From Eledone cirrhosa (taxonomy: Eukaryota): a stretch of DNA of 64,000 nucleotides. Of this stretch, positions 40,774-56,062 are shown piece by piece. Both the position numbers and the translations under genes were made by a program. A model generated the notes under the pieces. The model saw only the letters and a program-made list of their open reading frames with translations. It ran no database searches and had not been told where the DNA came from. Within the stretch, counting starts at the first letter, position 1. Each line of letters opens with the position of its first letter. The DNA is taken from contig OZ024760.1 of assembly GCA_964016885.1 (NCBI GenBank), positions 20,894,001 through 20,958,000 of the forward strand. Direction: 5' to 3'.

Positions 40774-41875
40774 TCTACAACAACTGCAACAATCTCTACA
40801 ACAACTGCAACAATCTCTACAACAACTGCAACAATCTCTACAACAACTGCAACAATCTCTTCAACAACTGCAACAATCTCTACAACAACTGCAACAATCT
40901 CTACAACAACTGCAACAATCTCTTCAACAACTGCAACAATCTCTATAACAACTGCAACAATCTCTATAACAACTGCAACAATCTCTTCAACAACTGCAAC
41001 AATCTCTATAACAACTGCAACAATCTCTATAACAACTGCAACAATCTCTATAACAACTGCAACAATCTCTACAACAACTGCAACAATCTCTACAACAACT
41101 GCAACAATCTCTTCAACAACTGCAACAATCTCTATAACAACTGCAACAATCTCTTCAACAACTGCAACAATCTCTATAACAACTGCAACAATCTCTATAA
41201 CAACTGCAACAACCTCTATAACAACTGCAACAATCTCTATAACAACTGCAACAATCTCTATAACAACTGCAACAATCTCTTCAACAACTGCAACAATCTC
41301 TATAACAACTGCAACAATCTCTTCAACAACTGCAACAATCTCTATAACAACTGCAACAATCTCTATAACAACTGCAACAATCTCTATAACAACTGCAACA
41401 ATCTCTTCAACAACAGCAACAATCTCTATAACAACTGCAACAATCTCTATAACAACTGCAACAATCTCTATAACAACTGCAACAATCTCTTCAACAACTG
41501 CAACAATCTCTATAACAACTGCAACAATCTCTTCAACAACTGCAACAATCTCTATAACAACTGCAACAATCTCTATAACAACTGCAACAATCTCTATAAC
41601 AACTGCAACAATCTCTTCAACAACAGCAACAATCTCTTCAACAACAGCAACAATCTCTATAACAACAGCAACAATCTCTATAACAACTGCAACAATCTCT
41701 TCAACAACTGCAACAATCTCTATAACAACTGCAACAATCTCTATAACAACTGCAACAATCTCTATAACAACTGCAACAATCTCTATAACAACTGCAACAA
41801 TCTCTTCAACAACAGCAACAATCTCTATAACAACAGCAACAATCTCTATAACAACAGCAACAGCAACAACAACAA
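40774..41875. repeat. 21-bp minisatellite
   Basis: AACAACTGCAACAATCTCT(AT/AC/TC), about 52 copies. Confidence 0.95.
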
Positions 41876-42312
41876 TATTTTGCTGTTATTGACAACAGAA
41901 ATACATGAAATCTCTGAGTTTTTCATTTTCTTGAAATAATTAATTTAAATGTAAATTAACGACAGAACGCAACATAACGAACAAGAAGTGAGACATGCAT
42001 ATATTAAAGTCAATGAATTAATTATAATTAAGGTGAGTCATCAACAAGAGGATAATGAGTTCCCTCTGGAATAACGAGGCAACACTTTAGGTCTAATGAA
42101 CAGAGCGAGGGAAGGGTGAGAGGGATCAGGAAGGGGAGAAGATAATAGGGAGAAAGTAAAGAGAGAGAAAGAGGGGGGGGGTAAGAGAGAAAGAGGGAGG
42201 GGAGATGGTAGGGGGAAAGTAAAGAGATAGGGAGAAAGTAAACAATGGGAAAGGTTGCAACAGAGAGAGGGTAGGTGGGGGAAAGAGAACAAGAGAGGGG
42301 AGAGAGATGGGT

Positions 42313-42355
<43 letters not shown>

Positions 42356-43316
42356 AAGAGAGAGAGAGGATCAATATAACAAACAGAACATAACAAAACT
42401 AAACAAAAAAAAACAACATCCAAATACAGGGTATCCCCAAAAGATGTATACACACTTCAACAACATTCTAATAAACATTGTCTGTACAAGTATTCAAAGT
42501 GTATATACATTTTTTGGGGACACTCTGTATGAACATGTTAATTTTAGTAAAAACAAAGGCTACAGGTTGGTGCTAGAGGGATATGAAGAATGGGCTTCAT
42601 GACTTTAGTTCCATAACTCAATGTTCTGGGGTTGAAATCTCTCTATCACTTCACTTCCAATACCACTCAACTGGTGGAGTTTTTTTTTTAATTAATACCA
42701 GTAATATCCTATGGAGGAGGGTTTGTTTGAGGCAGAAAGTAGACTGTAGTGCAATAATAAAGTCATTTACAACATATCGACTTTATGAGAGGAGAGACCT
42801 ATCTAAAGTTAAACAGGGAATGGAGGGATTTTTCAAGGTATAGATGTAAAGAACATACACATGGATACACATACACACACATGGATACATACACACACGG
42901 ACACATACACTCAAACACACGCACACACAAACACACATAAAAACACAAACACAAAAAATGTATGCAAACTCAAACACACACATATATACAAACACATGCA
43001 CTCACACAAACACAGACATGAAAAAACACACGCAAACATACACTAACACACACAAACATACACTAACACACACACACATGACAACACACACTAACACACA
43101 AACATACACTAACAGACACACGACAACACACACACAAACATACACTAACACACACAGAGGCTGCACTCATATAAAGTTTGCACATGAACTTCAACATAAT
43201 CCTTTGTGAAACAATATCCCAGTTTCTACATCAATGTACTCACTGTTTTCATTATTGTTTTCACTATTATTATATCTGCTTATCTATTATACACACCCAA
43301 TAACATATTATATATA

Positions 43317-43620
43317 CATGGCTTAGTGGTTAGAGCATTGGCCTTGCAATCGAAAGGTTGTGAGTTCAATTCTCAGACTGGGTGATGTGTTGTGTCCTTG
43401 AGCAAGACACTTTATTTCACATTGCTCCAGTTTACTCAGCTGTAGAAATGAGATGATAGGGACTGGAGTCCATATCATTCCACTGCAAAGTGGTCGTGCA
43501 GGTGCCACGGTAAAAAAGCACCCAGCACTCACTGTAAATGAGGTTCGTGTTAGGAAGGGCATCCAGCTGTAGAAATCAAGCCAGAATCAGTTCCCGTCCC
43601 ACCCTTGCAAGCAGGGAAAA
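43317..43620 (+). mobile_element. SINE family A
   Basis: Head, core and most of the tail. Confidence 0.85.
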
Positions 43621-44300
43621 GGGTATAGTTTGACATAGGACTGAAATACAGGTGTAAGGGTATAGTTTGACGTAGGACTGAAATATGGGAGTAAGGGTAT
43701 AGTTTGACATCACTTGTGTTTGGTACTTTATTGACTATACCAAGCACAACCCCCAGGAGAGTGAACAACAAAGTTGATCTTGACAGGATTTGAACTCAAA
43801 ACATAAAGTGCCGTAATTAAATACCACTCTAACAATTCTGCCAATCATCATCATCATCATCGTCATTTTACATCCATTTTCCCTGCTGGCATGAGTTAGA
43901 CTTTCATGACTTTTGCCATGGTCTTCCTGGCTGGATTGCCCTTCCTATCCTCAACCACTTTACACCATGAACTGGGTGTATTTGAGTGAGATATGGACTG
44001 TGCCAACACTGGCAGAAACCTATGAACATAAATAATATTTATGTTCATACACAGAACAAAAGCACTACCTAAGGTTTCAAGGCCCAATGTTGACCATATC
44101 TCCAGAATGTAAGAGGCATAAAAATTGTGACCTAATCTACAGGGGCTTATACAAGTTAACTTATAAAGGTACTTAAGTTTTTGGGGGGTTATACACCCCC
44201 AACTCATTCAGCCTGTTATAAAAAGAAAGATGGCCACTACTGGTTGAATGTGATTTCTTTTCGGAAGAATATATGAGAGCTCTTCAAAGGCAGGCATATA

Positions 44301-44335
<35 letters not shown>

Positions 44336-45610
44336 TATTGCGCCCAGTCCACACTGTAAAGTGGTCATGTAGGCAACACAACAAAAAGTACCCACCACAC
44401 ACTGTAAAATGGTTGGTGTTAGGAAGGGCATCCAGCTGTAGAAACAATACTAAAATCAGTTCTGTATGAGTGAATCACAGTCCCTGACCGGGTCTCTCAC
44501 AGAGGGACACCCCGTCCTACCCATGCTAGCGTGGAAAATGGATGTTAAACAATGATGATGATGATTACAAAATGTATGGAAATGCTGCAATTTGTGTAAA
44601 GAGAGCAGAAGATATGCTATTGAATATTTGTGTCTAGTAGAAAATCAATGAGAAGAGGATTATATAGTCATTTTTATTGATATCATTGGAAGTATTTGAT
44701 TGGTTCTACAGTAATGGGTTATGACTGGCCTCAACGTATAATTGGGGTGACCACTCATGTACTTTATACTACATAGTTTATACTAACATGCTTTACAAAT
44801 GAGGATGATGATGATGGTGGTGGTTGTGGTGGTAATGATGATGGTGGTGGTTGTGGTGGTAATGATGGTGGTGGTTGTTGTGGTAATGACAGTGGTGATG
44901 GTGGTGATGATGGTGGTTGTGGTGGTAATGACAGTGGTGATGGTGGTGATGATGGTGGTTGTGGTGGTGATGATGATGGTGGTTGTGGTGGTAATGACAG
45001 TGGTGATGGTGATGATGACAGTGGTGATGGTGGTGATGGTGGTGATGACAGTGGTGATGATGGTGGTTGTGGTGGTGGTTGTGGTGGTGATGACAGTGGT
45101 GATGGTGGTGATGATGGTGGTTGTGGTGGTGATGACAGTGGTGATGATGGTGGTTGTGGTGGTGATGACAGTGGTGATGGTGATGATGACAGTGGTGATG
45201 GTGATGATGACAGTGGTGATGGTGGTGATGATGACAGTGGTGATGGTGGTGATGATGATGATGGTGGTGGTAATGATGGTCATGATGATGATGATGAGAT
45301 TACTCTATCAGGGCCTTCAGTCACCCACAGCGCCAACAGGGTTAATGATGTGTGTCCCTAGTCCTATCATGTTATTACAGTTCATACCTATGAAGGTTTT
45401 GCCGGCCTCCTATGAAGTTGTATTTCATAAGATGTTTCTTGAGTGTTTTAAATATCACCCCCCCTCCTCACATAATTGTGTTAATATCTGATGATGCCAC
45501 ACCAGTGCAGGTTGCTATTATAATGATCACATAACTGCAAACTGGTGTCGCTGAAATACGTATTATCCAATAAAAAGGATTATGTAGCATCTGTCTTTAT
45601 GTTTATTTCA

Positions 45611-45659
<49 letters not shown>

Positions 45660-45832
45660 CGAAGGAAGTGCGGTAAGTAACCAGGTGGACCATAATGCAC
45701 CAGAGTACTCGATACTTAGGATAGTAGAGTGGGTAATAGGAAAAAGAGTCAGGACTCCGTCCGACAGCTAGGTCTGAACAGACCTACCTGTCGAAACAGA
45801 TGCAGCTCAGCCGTCGGAGTCCTGACTCTTTT

Positions 45833-45879
<47 letters not shown>

Positions 45880-46584
45880 GTAAGTCCAAAGAATCATTAG
45901 ATAAAATATATACAGTATTTCCTCTCCTAATCAGTATAAATTAACCACATAAAAAATCATTTAAACAAGGCTATAAGTTTAAAATGTACTTGTGAAGAAA
46001 TAATAGACAAATGATATAGATTATTTTCCGCAATGTGCAGCCATATGACACTTATCTAATTATGTCTTCTAGCCTGTAGAAATTGACTAGACAAATCGTT
46101 AACTACACAGAATTAGGTACAAAATAGAAGTTTGAAGAAAAATACTCATAAATTTTACCAGAATTCTTATATATATATATATATATATTCACCGTATTTT
46201 TGACTAAAGGAATTTTAGCCTGTTAATGTACGTCAATACTCATCTTTTTCCATTTATCTGAGGGTTCTTAACCCCATTATCAGGCTAAAATTCCTTTAGT
46301 CAAAAATACGGTGAAAGCTATTCTATTTTCTAATTTCAAACCTGCTCACTGTTTCAAAACATACTTACTTGATATATATATATATATATATATATATAAC
46401 GAAGGAGGTGTGGTAAGGAACCAGATGGACCATCACGCACCAGAGTACTCAATACTTAGGGCAGTAGAGTGGGTAATAGGAAAATGTTAGACCCCGACGG
46501 CAGAGCTCAAGCCGTTTCGACTGCTATGTCTGATCCAGAAATAGCCGGCGAAACGGCTTGAGCTCTACTGTCGGGTTCTAACAT

Positions 46585-46633
<49 letters not shown>

Positions 46634-46638
<5 letters not shown>

Positions 46639-47415
46639 AAATACGTCCCTCATCAGTGATTTGCCGAAGATCATAGATATTTCATTGCATTAAAAATCAT
46701 ATATCTCACTTCGGTGCAATAATAACCAAAATAAGTTATTAGGACAATTAAAACGCGTAAAGCGAGTGAGACAGGAGAACAACAGAAAAGATAGCATACC
46801 GTGGGAGAGAAACAAGCTTCAAAAATTATTCTGTTAGCGTAAGCTAGGTGAATATATGAGCGCTAGGGAAAGAATAGTCCAGCACGAACGAAGGCCATTG
46901 AGCAGAGAGATATTTTAATACATATATTTACCACTGCGATTCTGTGTTTTTTTCTCTCTCTCTTACTGTTCCCCCATTCTCTCTGTTTCTCCCCCTCTGT
47001 CTTGTCCGTTAACTCTTCCTCACACTTTCACTCACTCACTGTTTTTCTCCCTCTTCTCTTCATTTCATCCTGCACTCACGGACGCTATTTTTTCTCTCTC
47101 TGCTCAATGGCCTTCGTTCGTGCTGGACTATTCTTTCCCTAGCGCTCATATATTCACCTAGCTTACGCTAACAGAATAATTTTTGAAGCTTGTTTCTCTC
47201 CCACGGTATGCTATCTTTTCTGTTGTTCTCCTGTCTCACTCGCTTTACGCGTTTTAATTGTCCTAATAACTTATTTTGGTTATTATTGCACCGAAGTGAG
47301 ATATATGATTTTTAATGCAATGAAATATCTATGATCTTCGGCAAATCACTGATGAGGGACGTATTTTATTACATGTTACCATGTGCTACCTGCAGTATTT
47401 TTCTCTATATTTTAA
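46634..47415. mobile_element. Largest fold-back element: arms of about 277 bp with a CT-rich spacer
   Basis: 46634-46910 is the reverse complement of 47093-47371, with a short tail and (TA)n flanks. Confidence 0.85.
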
Positions 47416-47433
47416 TATATATATATATATATA

Positions 47434-47896
47434 CATGGAAAGTTATATTTAAAATTGTTGGGTTACAACTAGTAAATATTTATAACTGATATAAAAGCAC
47501 TCGACAAATATTTGGAGTATATTTACAATATTAAATAAATGGAAACTATATTTATAAAACCATATTTATTTCATTATATATATTTCGGGGATATCATATT
47601 AACAATATGCTATGCCTTCCTCAGACAAAATACAATATAAACAGTTTTATAGATAAATAGATTCGACATACCGTTATAACACCGACTTCCATTTGAAGAG
47701 GTTTAAACTGCCAGCTTAAACCTCTTCAAATGGAAGTCGGTGTTATAACGGTATGTCGAATCTATTTATCTATAAAACTGTTTATATTGTATTTTGTCTG
47801 AGGAAGGCATAGCATATTGTTAATATGATATCCCCGAAATATATATAATGAAATAAATATGGTTTTATAAATATAGTTTCCATTTATTTAATATTG

Positions 47897-47897
<1 letters not shown>
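47434..47897. mobile_element. Fold-back element (about 47524-47897) plus PLE-leader tail
   Basis: Near-perfect palindrome centred near 47712 with twin hammerheads; tail 47434-47523 matches the reverse complement of the PLE leader. Confidence 0.85.
47790..47855 (+). ncRNA. Type I hammerhead ribozyme motif (twin on - strand at 47567-47632)
   Basis: UAUUUUGU-CUGAGGA-extended stem II (CAUAUU/AAUAUG)-GAAA-U[AUAU]A-UA^AUGAAAUA. Confidence 0.7.
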
Positions 47898-47931
<34 letters not shown>

Positions 47932-48301
47932 ACAGTTTACGAAAGTCACCGAAATCATTTTAGCGACCTTCGGTCATGACCCTCTCACTCAATGAGAAAT
48001 AAGCTTGTGGTTGTTGAACTGCATCCCAAAGTTCAGAGTGCACACGTTAGAGATTTTCAGTGAGTACTATCGCAGGGTTTTGGTAAAAATACCTCCCACG
48101 TGCCCAATATACATATATACAAGGATACATGGCTATATATGGCATTAAGACAAACATCCAGTCAGAGAAAGTAAGTCAGAAAGAGTCCGGTATGAGCAAG
48201 ATATGATCATCTAATCTGACTTGTCTTATAATGGTACAACTCTTCTAACCAATGTTAGCGTGGGAAAATGGACATTAAATGGTGATTATGATGTAATATA
48301 C

Positions 48302-48338
<37 letters not shown>

Positions 48339-49253
48339 TACATATATATATATATATATATATACATATACATTATATACATATATCTATCTATATACAT
48401 TACATATATATATATATACATATACTTTATATACATATATCTATCTATATACATTACATATATATATATATACATATACATTATATACATATATCTATCT
48501 ATATACATTACATATATATATATATACATATACATTACATATATATATACATATACATTATATATATATATATATATATATACATTATATATATATACAT
48601 TATATATATACATTATATATATACACATATATATATATATATACACATATATATATATATATACATATACATTATATATATACACATATATATATATATA
48701 TACACATATATATATATATATACATATACATTATATATATATACATATACATTATATATATATACATATACATTATATATATATACACATATATATATAT
48801 ATATATACATATACATTATATATATATACATTATATATATATACACATATATATATATATACATATACATTATATATATATACACACATATATATATACA
48901 TACATTATATATATATATATATATACATTATATATATATATATATATACACATAAATATACATTATATATATATACACATATATATATATATACATTATA
49001 TATATATATATATATACATTATATATATATATATATATACATTATATATATATACACATATATATATACACATAAATATACATTATATATATATACACAT
49101 ATATATATATATACATTATATATATACACATATATATATATATACATTATATATATATATATATATACATTATATATATATATATATATATATATACATT
49201 ATATATATATATACATATATATACATTATATATATATATACATATATATACAT

Positions 49254-49284
<31 letters not shown>

Positions 49285-49691
49285 TTATATATACATTATA
49301 TATATATATTTATATATATATATTTATATATACATTATATATATATATATTTATATATACATTATATATATACATACATATATATATATATTTATATATA
49401 CATGTATGTATACATATATGTGTGTGTATGTAGTATATACATTATATATATATACATACTAACATTGATATGATGATATAATATATTAGGAAATGATATT
49501 ACATCGTATATTTCTCTTGTAGATGAAGTGTTTATTAGGAGAAAATGAAATATAATGATAACTGTAATATATCTCGCATATTCTGCTGTGGTGCAATGAA
49601 AGTGCACATACCATTCAGAAAGATAGAGTGCAATTGTGCAGCAAACAACATACTGTGACACCTAGCTATATGATATGTGTGTCTTGTGACA

Positions 49692-50273
49692 ATACAGGAA
49701 ACTCAATTACAACACATGTGGCAGGAAACTCAGTTACAACGCATGTGGCAGGAAACTCAGTTACAGCGCATGTGGCAGGAAACTCAGTTACAACGCATGT
49801 GGCAGGAAACTCAGTTACAACGCATGTGGCAGGAAACTCAGCTACAACGCATGTGACAGGAAATTCAGTTAGAACGCATGTGACAGGAAACTCAATTACA
49901 ACACATGTGGCAGGAAACTCAATTACAACACATGTGACAGGAAACTCAGTTACAACACATGTGACAGGGAACTCAGTTACAACGCATGTGACAGGAAACT
50001 CAGTTACAACGCATGTGACAGGAAACTCAGTTACAACGCATGTGACAGGAAACCCAATTACAACGCATGTGACAGGAAACTCAGTTACAACGCATGTGAC
50101 AGGAAACTCAGTTACAACGCATGTGACAGGAAACTCAGTTACAACGCATGTGACAGGAAACTCAGTTACAACGCATGTGACAGGAAACTCAGTTACAACG
50201 CATGTGACAGGAAACTCAGTTACAACGCATGTGACAGGAAACTCAGTTACAACGCATGTGGTAGGAAACTCAG
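49692..50273. repeat. 27-bp minisatellite
   Basis: ACAGGAAACTCAGTTACAACGCATGTG, about 21 copies. Confidence 0.95.
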
Positions 50274-50484
50274 ACAACGGACTGTAACAACGGACTTTCT
50301 CACAATACATGTGACTGTCATTGCTGTTTATATGTAACATATGACAGCAGACTTTGAATGTAATGTGACAGAAGCCTGTAATGATACATGTGACAGCAAA
50401 CCATGGGTGAATATGTAACAGTAGATTGTTACAATGTATGCAATAGATGTCTGTTACTATGCATATACATACACACACACATAC

Positions 50485-50523
<39 letters not shown>

Positions 50524-50530
<7 letters not shown>

Positions 50531-50971
50531 GGAGGTTATAGTTCACTTGAAGCATTGTGTAATGAGGTATAAACGTTTGAATATGTGTAATAAAGCCAAA
50601 ACAATGCAGGTATGGACATAGAAAAAAGAATGCAATTGTAAAAGATAGTGTTGACAATTCGTCCTTTACCTTAGAATTATTTAAATGTCCTTAATTTTCG
50701 AGATAATATCTCTTCTTCAGAGGGAAATAAAGGTCTCAAACCAGCGTTCTAAATATCTTGCCAAGATATTTAGAATGGCTTGGCAAGATATTTAGAACGC
50801 TGGTTTGAGACCTTTATTTCCCTCTGAAGAAGAGATATTATCTCAAAAATTAAGGACATTAAAATAATTCTAAGGTAAAGGACGAATTGTCAACAATATC
50901 TTTTACAATTGCATTCTTTTTTCTATGTCCATACCTGCATTGTTTTGGCTTTATTACACATATTCAAACGT
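50524..50971. mobile_element. Fold-back element plus tail
   Basis: 50573-50765 is the reverse complement of about 50778-50971; (TA)n flanks; CTGAAGA...GAAA hammerhead-like core with uncertain stems. Confidence 0.8.
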
Positions 50972-51068
50972 ATATATATATATATATTTATTAAAATAAC
51001 AGATTAAAGTTTAAGCAAAGAATCACTGCTTTCACCCTTAACGGGATCTTCTGAAATGTTGTTATTAT

Positions 51069-51112
<44 letters not shown>

Positions 51113-51116
51113 GCAC

Positions 51117-51570
51117 ACAAAATAACATTAAGACAGATGTTATGATTACATAATTGTATTTATTACATTCTACATATTTCAATGGTGTGTAATTAATATG
51201 TAATGGTAACATCAGTATCTAGCACTGGTGTGACATCAGATCTTAACACAATTGATATGCCTCTGACATATCAACAAACTAACATAACCACTACAGATAA
51301 TTGTGTAAAGATCTGATGTCACACTAGTGCTGGATACGGATGTAACCATTACATATTAACTACACACCATGTCATTGAAATATGTAGAATGTAATAAATA
51401 CAATTATGTAACCATAACATCTGTCTTAATGTTATTTTGTACATTTACGTACCATCACAATGCTGAATATATATGACTGACGTGGAGTGCTTTTAACTGC
51501 TTGAACCTGTTTATCTTCGTGATGAGGGAACATAACTTTCACAGATAAACACCATAATAATTAGCAACTA
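51117..51570. mobile_element. Fold-back element (51117-51441) plus tail
   Basis: Inverted arms, with a tail containing GGAGTGCTTTT. Confidence 0.75.
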
Positions 51571-51746
51571 TATGTATAGATATATACATACATGAATATG
51601 TATTAGTATGTGTATATATATAATATAAATGATTAAATTCTCAATTTCACGGACCCCTGTTTTTAGTACACAAATCAGTGGTTAGTTTGACATTTTGAAT
51701 GAGGTAATAAAAGACCAAGAAAGGTGAAATAATAAATATATATATA

Positions 51747-51824
51747 CAGGGTGTCCCAAAAAATGTATACACATATTTATTAGAATGATGTTGAAGTGTG
51801 TATACATTTTGGTGGGACACCCTG
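51747..51824. mobile_element. Tiny Tc1/mariner-type MITE
   Basis: TA|CAGGGTGTCCCA..AAATGTATACACA ... TGTGTATACATTT..TGGGACACCCTG|TA; a diverged copy lies at about 42427-42526. Confidence 0.7.
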
Positions 51825-52602
51825 TATATATATATATATATATATATTAAAATAAACATATAGCAGAATTGTTCATGACTAAACGAGGACATGGTGTGAT
51901 GAGGGGTTATCGTGCAGTGATGTAGAAAATAAAGAACAAGAATTAAAATTTAAAAACATGAAACACCAATACAAAAAAAAAAAAAGAAATATTAAAAAGA
52001 TTTTTCACCAAACATAACATGTTAAATTAAAATTCTTAAAAAATAGTTAATTATAAAAAAAAAAAAAATCAGTCAGTTAGGGGAGTTTTGGGTGTGTTGT
52101 TTTAATAATGAATTAAATTAAATTATTAAAGGGGGTTGGGGGAGGTAAGTGAAGTGGATTTTTTTTAAAAATAGAAATTTAAAATTAAAAACAAATATTA
52201 AATATTTAAACAGTGTTAAAAATAAAAGTTTAGTTCCCAGCAGTGTTTCTCATTTTTGGGGAGGTTTATGAATTGGAAATCAAATTGGAACTTCCTTTTT
52301 TTTTTCTTTGAGTGGGACAAGGAAGGAGGTTAAGTTTGTTCTGTTAAAAAATGTTGTTAATATAATTGGAATGGTGAGAGAGAGCTGGGGAGAGAGAAAG
52401 GGGCCAGATGTGGTGGATGGTGTTTAACTGATTTAAATAGACAGGAATGTTAACAAAAACTGATATATATATATATATATATATACACACACTTGGAGGT
52501 TGTATATAAACAAATACCTCATATGATCATAACAAATACAGTGCAACAATATATACACATACATACATATATATATATACACATACATACATATATATAT
52601 AT

Positions 52603-52642
<40 letters not shown>

Positions 52643-52744
52643 ATACATATATATATATATACATACATATATATATATACACACATACATACATATATAT
52701 ATACACATACATACATATATATATACACATACATATATAAATAT

Positions 52745-52781
<37 letters not shown>

Positions 52782-53173
52782 GTTCTTCAACTATCTCCAA
52801 ATAAGGACATGATACTAACATGCTACTAATTCTGAGTAAAATTATTATTGAATAAAATTATTATTGCTTTTGAAAACAGCTGGTGATATGCGTGTAAGTA
52901 AATATTCTCCCTATTTGATAGTTTGTAAACTTACATAGATCAATAACTGAGTATAGATACAATGTATTATCACCATCTAGAAACGATCGTAAAGCAGTGA
53001 AGTATATCTCTAAGACTGATTTTTTATTTCATTGTTTTAACTTGTTTTTCTTTTAATGTTTTATTGTTTTCTGAGATTTATCTGAACCTACAACATTTTC
53101 AACATATGGATTACATTGAGTTCTTCATACAGAATAGACCCCACAACTTACAGTGGATACCTCTGTACATACA

Positions 53174-53209
<36 letters not shown>

Positions 53210-53374
53210 CACACACATATATATATATATATATACATATATATATACATATGTGTGTATATATATATATATACACATATATATACATATATATATATAT
53301 ACATATATATACATATATATATATATACACACACATATATATACACACACATATATACACACATATATATACAC

Positions 53375-53449
<75 letters not shown>

Positions 53450-53469
53450 CATATATATATATATATGTG

Positions 53470-53520
<51 letters not shown>

Positions 53521-53534
53521 ATATATATATATAT

Positions 53535-53581
<47 letters not shown>

Positions 53582-53702
53582 CTCACATACATACCTATAT
53601 ATATACATACATACATACACACACATACATATATATATATAACTATATATATGTATATATACACACACATACATAATTATATATATATATACACACACAT
53701 AC

Positions 53703-53745
<43 letters not shown>

Positions 53746-53756
53746 CACACATGCAT

Positions 53757-54615
53757 ACATCATCATCATCGTTTAATGTCCATCTTCCACGCTAGCATGG
53801 GTCTGGACGGGAATTGTCCCATTTGAGGCAAGATTGGTTGTCTTGCTCAGGCGGGTTTTCTACGGCTGGATGCCTTTCCTAACACCAACCACGTTTACAG
53901 TGTGGACTGGGAGGTTTTTACCGGGTTACCTACACGGCCACATTACAGCGTGGACTGTGTGTTTTTTTGTCGTGACACCTACACAACCTCATTTATTCAG
54001 GACTGGATGTTGTGGTACCAACATAGCTTTACATTGAAAGGGGTGGTGTAGATGGCGGTGGGGGTAGGGTTAGTAGGACGGGGGGTGTATTTTGGTTAAG
54101 AGGTGCCTACTGACTGTAGGTTTTGCTTTGTACTTAGGCAAGGTGGGTCTTCTGTATTACTGCGTAGCGCCAAAGATCTCGGTCCAGTGACATTGTCTTG
54201 GAGAGGTGTAAGTGTGTGAGGTCGGAATTTATCAAGTCGTCCCAGGTTTTTCTGGGTCTGCCTACTCCGTAGCTACCGTCTATTTTGATCGCCCTGCACT
54301 TTTTTATACATCTGTCGTCTTTCATGCGCATCACGTGACCATACCAATGTAGTCTTCTCTCGAGTAAACAACATCTGATCCCTCTTATTCCTAATTTCTC
54401 ACTTAGTTCATTTATGCTTTGCCGTTCACGTATATTACTATTACACATCCAGCGGAGCATGCAAGCTTCGTTCCTCTCCAGTCTGCGTAGATCCTCTGCA
54501 CACAAGGCCCATGTCTCACTGCCATGTAACATCACTGTTCGTATGCAGGCATCATACAGCCTGCCTTTCATTTTTAGAGAAAAACATTTAGCGTCCAATA
54601 GTGGTATAAGCTCTC
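53757..54615 (-). mobile_element. RTE LINE 3' portion (ORF end plus 3' UTR ending in (GAT)n)
   Basis: KGRLYDACIRTVMLHGSETW...RRLHWYGHVMR...GRPRKTW, followed by a 3' UTR ending CCCATGCTAGCGTGGAAGATGGACATTAAACGATGATG. Confidence 0.85.
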
Positions 54616-54704
54616 TGATAGATATATATATACACACATACATACATATATATATATATACACACACATATACATACATACATATATATATATATAACAT
54701 ATCT

Positions 54705-55440
54705 GACAAATGGGTAGATAATGTAATCTCAGACTAGTCCTGAATAAAACAATTGCCACAATCATATCAGCTTACGCACCCCAATAGGGGTTGCTAGGCA
54801 CTTAAGGATAGGTTTTACGAGTTCTCAATACACACTACTGCCCTAACAAATGACAATGACTTCCTAATCATTGCAGGGGACTTTAAAGGACACGTTGGTA
54901 GGTCACACCATAGCCACACGTATTGTTAACCAGGTAATACTAGAGGGTGTCATACCAAAGGATTGGTGCAGCAGCATCATTGTCAACAGCTACAAGGGTA
55001 AAGGTGATGCACTATATAGAGGAAACTATAGAGGTATGAAGTTGATGGACCAGGTCATGAAAGTAACAGAAAGAGTTATAGCACAGTTGATTAGGGACCG
55101 AGTAAAACTAGGTGAGATCCAATTTGGGTTTGATGCCCTCTTCCTTATGAGGCAGTTACAGGAAAAGTACCTTGCTAAAAGTAAGCCGTTCTACCTGGCA
55201 TTTGTCGATCTGTAAAAAGCCTTCGACAGAGTGCCCTGTGCTATAATCTGGTGGGCTCTTAGAAAACTAAGAGTAGATGAATGGCTTGTGAAAGCTGTAC
55301 AAGCCATGTATAGGGGAGCAGTCAGTAAAGTTAGGGTTAACAATGACTATAGCGAGGAATTTAGCATACAGGTCAGTGGCCACCAGGGCTCTGTTCTTAG
55401 TCCTCCCTTTTTCATTATAGTGTTACAGGCAATAACAGTG
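54705..55440 (+). mobile_element. RTE LINE fragment: APE endonuclease piece joined to RT domains, with stops
   Basis: IISAYAPQ*G and FLIIAGDFKGHVG (APE), then IPKDW...YKGKGDAL..GNYRG, QFGF, LAFVDL*KAFDRVP and HQGSVLSP (RT). Confidence 0.85.
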
Positions 55441-55659
55441 GTCGTGTAAGCGCCCAGCACTAAGAAAACCACCCAGCACTCACTGTAAATGAAGTTGGTG
55501 TTAGGAAGGGCATACAGCTGTAGAATCAAGCCAAAATCAGTTCCCGTATGGGCAAGACAAGGTCAGCCGACCAGGCACTGCCCACAACAGGACAACCCGT
55601 CTAACCCATGCTAGCGTGGAAGAACGGACGTAAAACGGTGATGATATACATACATACAT

Positions 55660-55700
<41 letters not shown>

Positions 55701-55715
55701 GAGAGAAACCTTTAT

Positions 55716-56011
55716 CAAAAGGTTGTGAGTTCAATTCCCAGACCGGGTGATGTGTTGTTTCCTTGAGCAAGACACTTTATTTCACATTGCTCCAGTTTAC
55801 TCAGCTGTAGAAATGAGATGATAGGGACTGGGGTCCCTATCATTCCACTGCCAAGTGGTCGTGGAGGTGCCACGGCAAAAAAGCACCCAGCACTCACTGT
55901 AAATGAGGTTGGTGTTAGGAAGGGCATCCAGCTGTAGAAATCAAGCCAGAATCAGTTCCCGTCCCACCCTTGCAAGCAGGGAAAAGTGGACGTATGATGA
56001 TGATGATGATG

Positions 56012-56012
<1 letters not shown>
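55716..56012 (+). mobile_element. SINE family A
   Basis: B box, core and tail. Confidence 0.85.

Positions 56013-56062
<50 letters not shown>

Noticed and set aside
40707-41939. 410-aa (NNCNNLY)n ORF
   Set aside because: It is a translation of a 21-bp minisatellite with near-invariant codons and no credible flanking coding sequence or splice context.
47315-47362. Hammerhead around CTGATGAGGG in the large palindrome
   Set aside because: There is no downstream GAAA with stem II, and the permuted reading lacks stem II pairing.
49628-50478. (GNSVTTHVT)n and (VTEFPVTCV)n ORFs
   Set aside because: A 27-bp minisatellite open on both strands.
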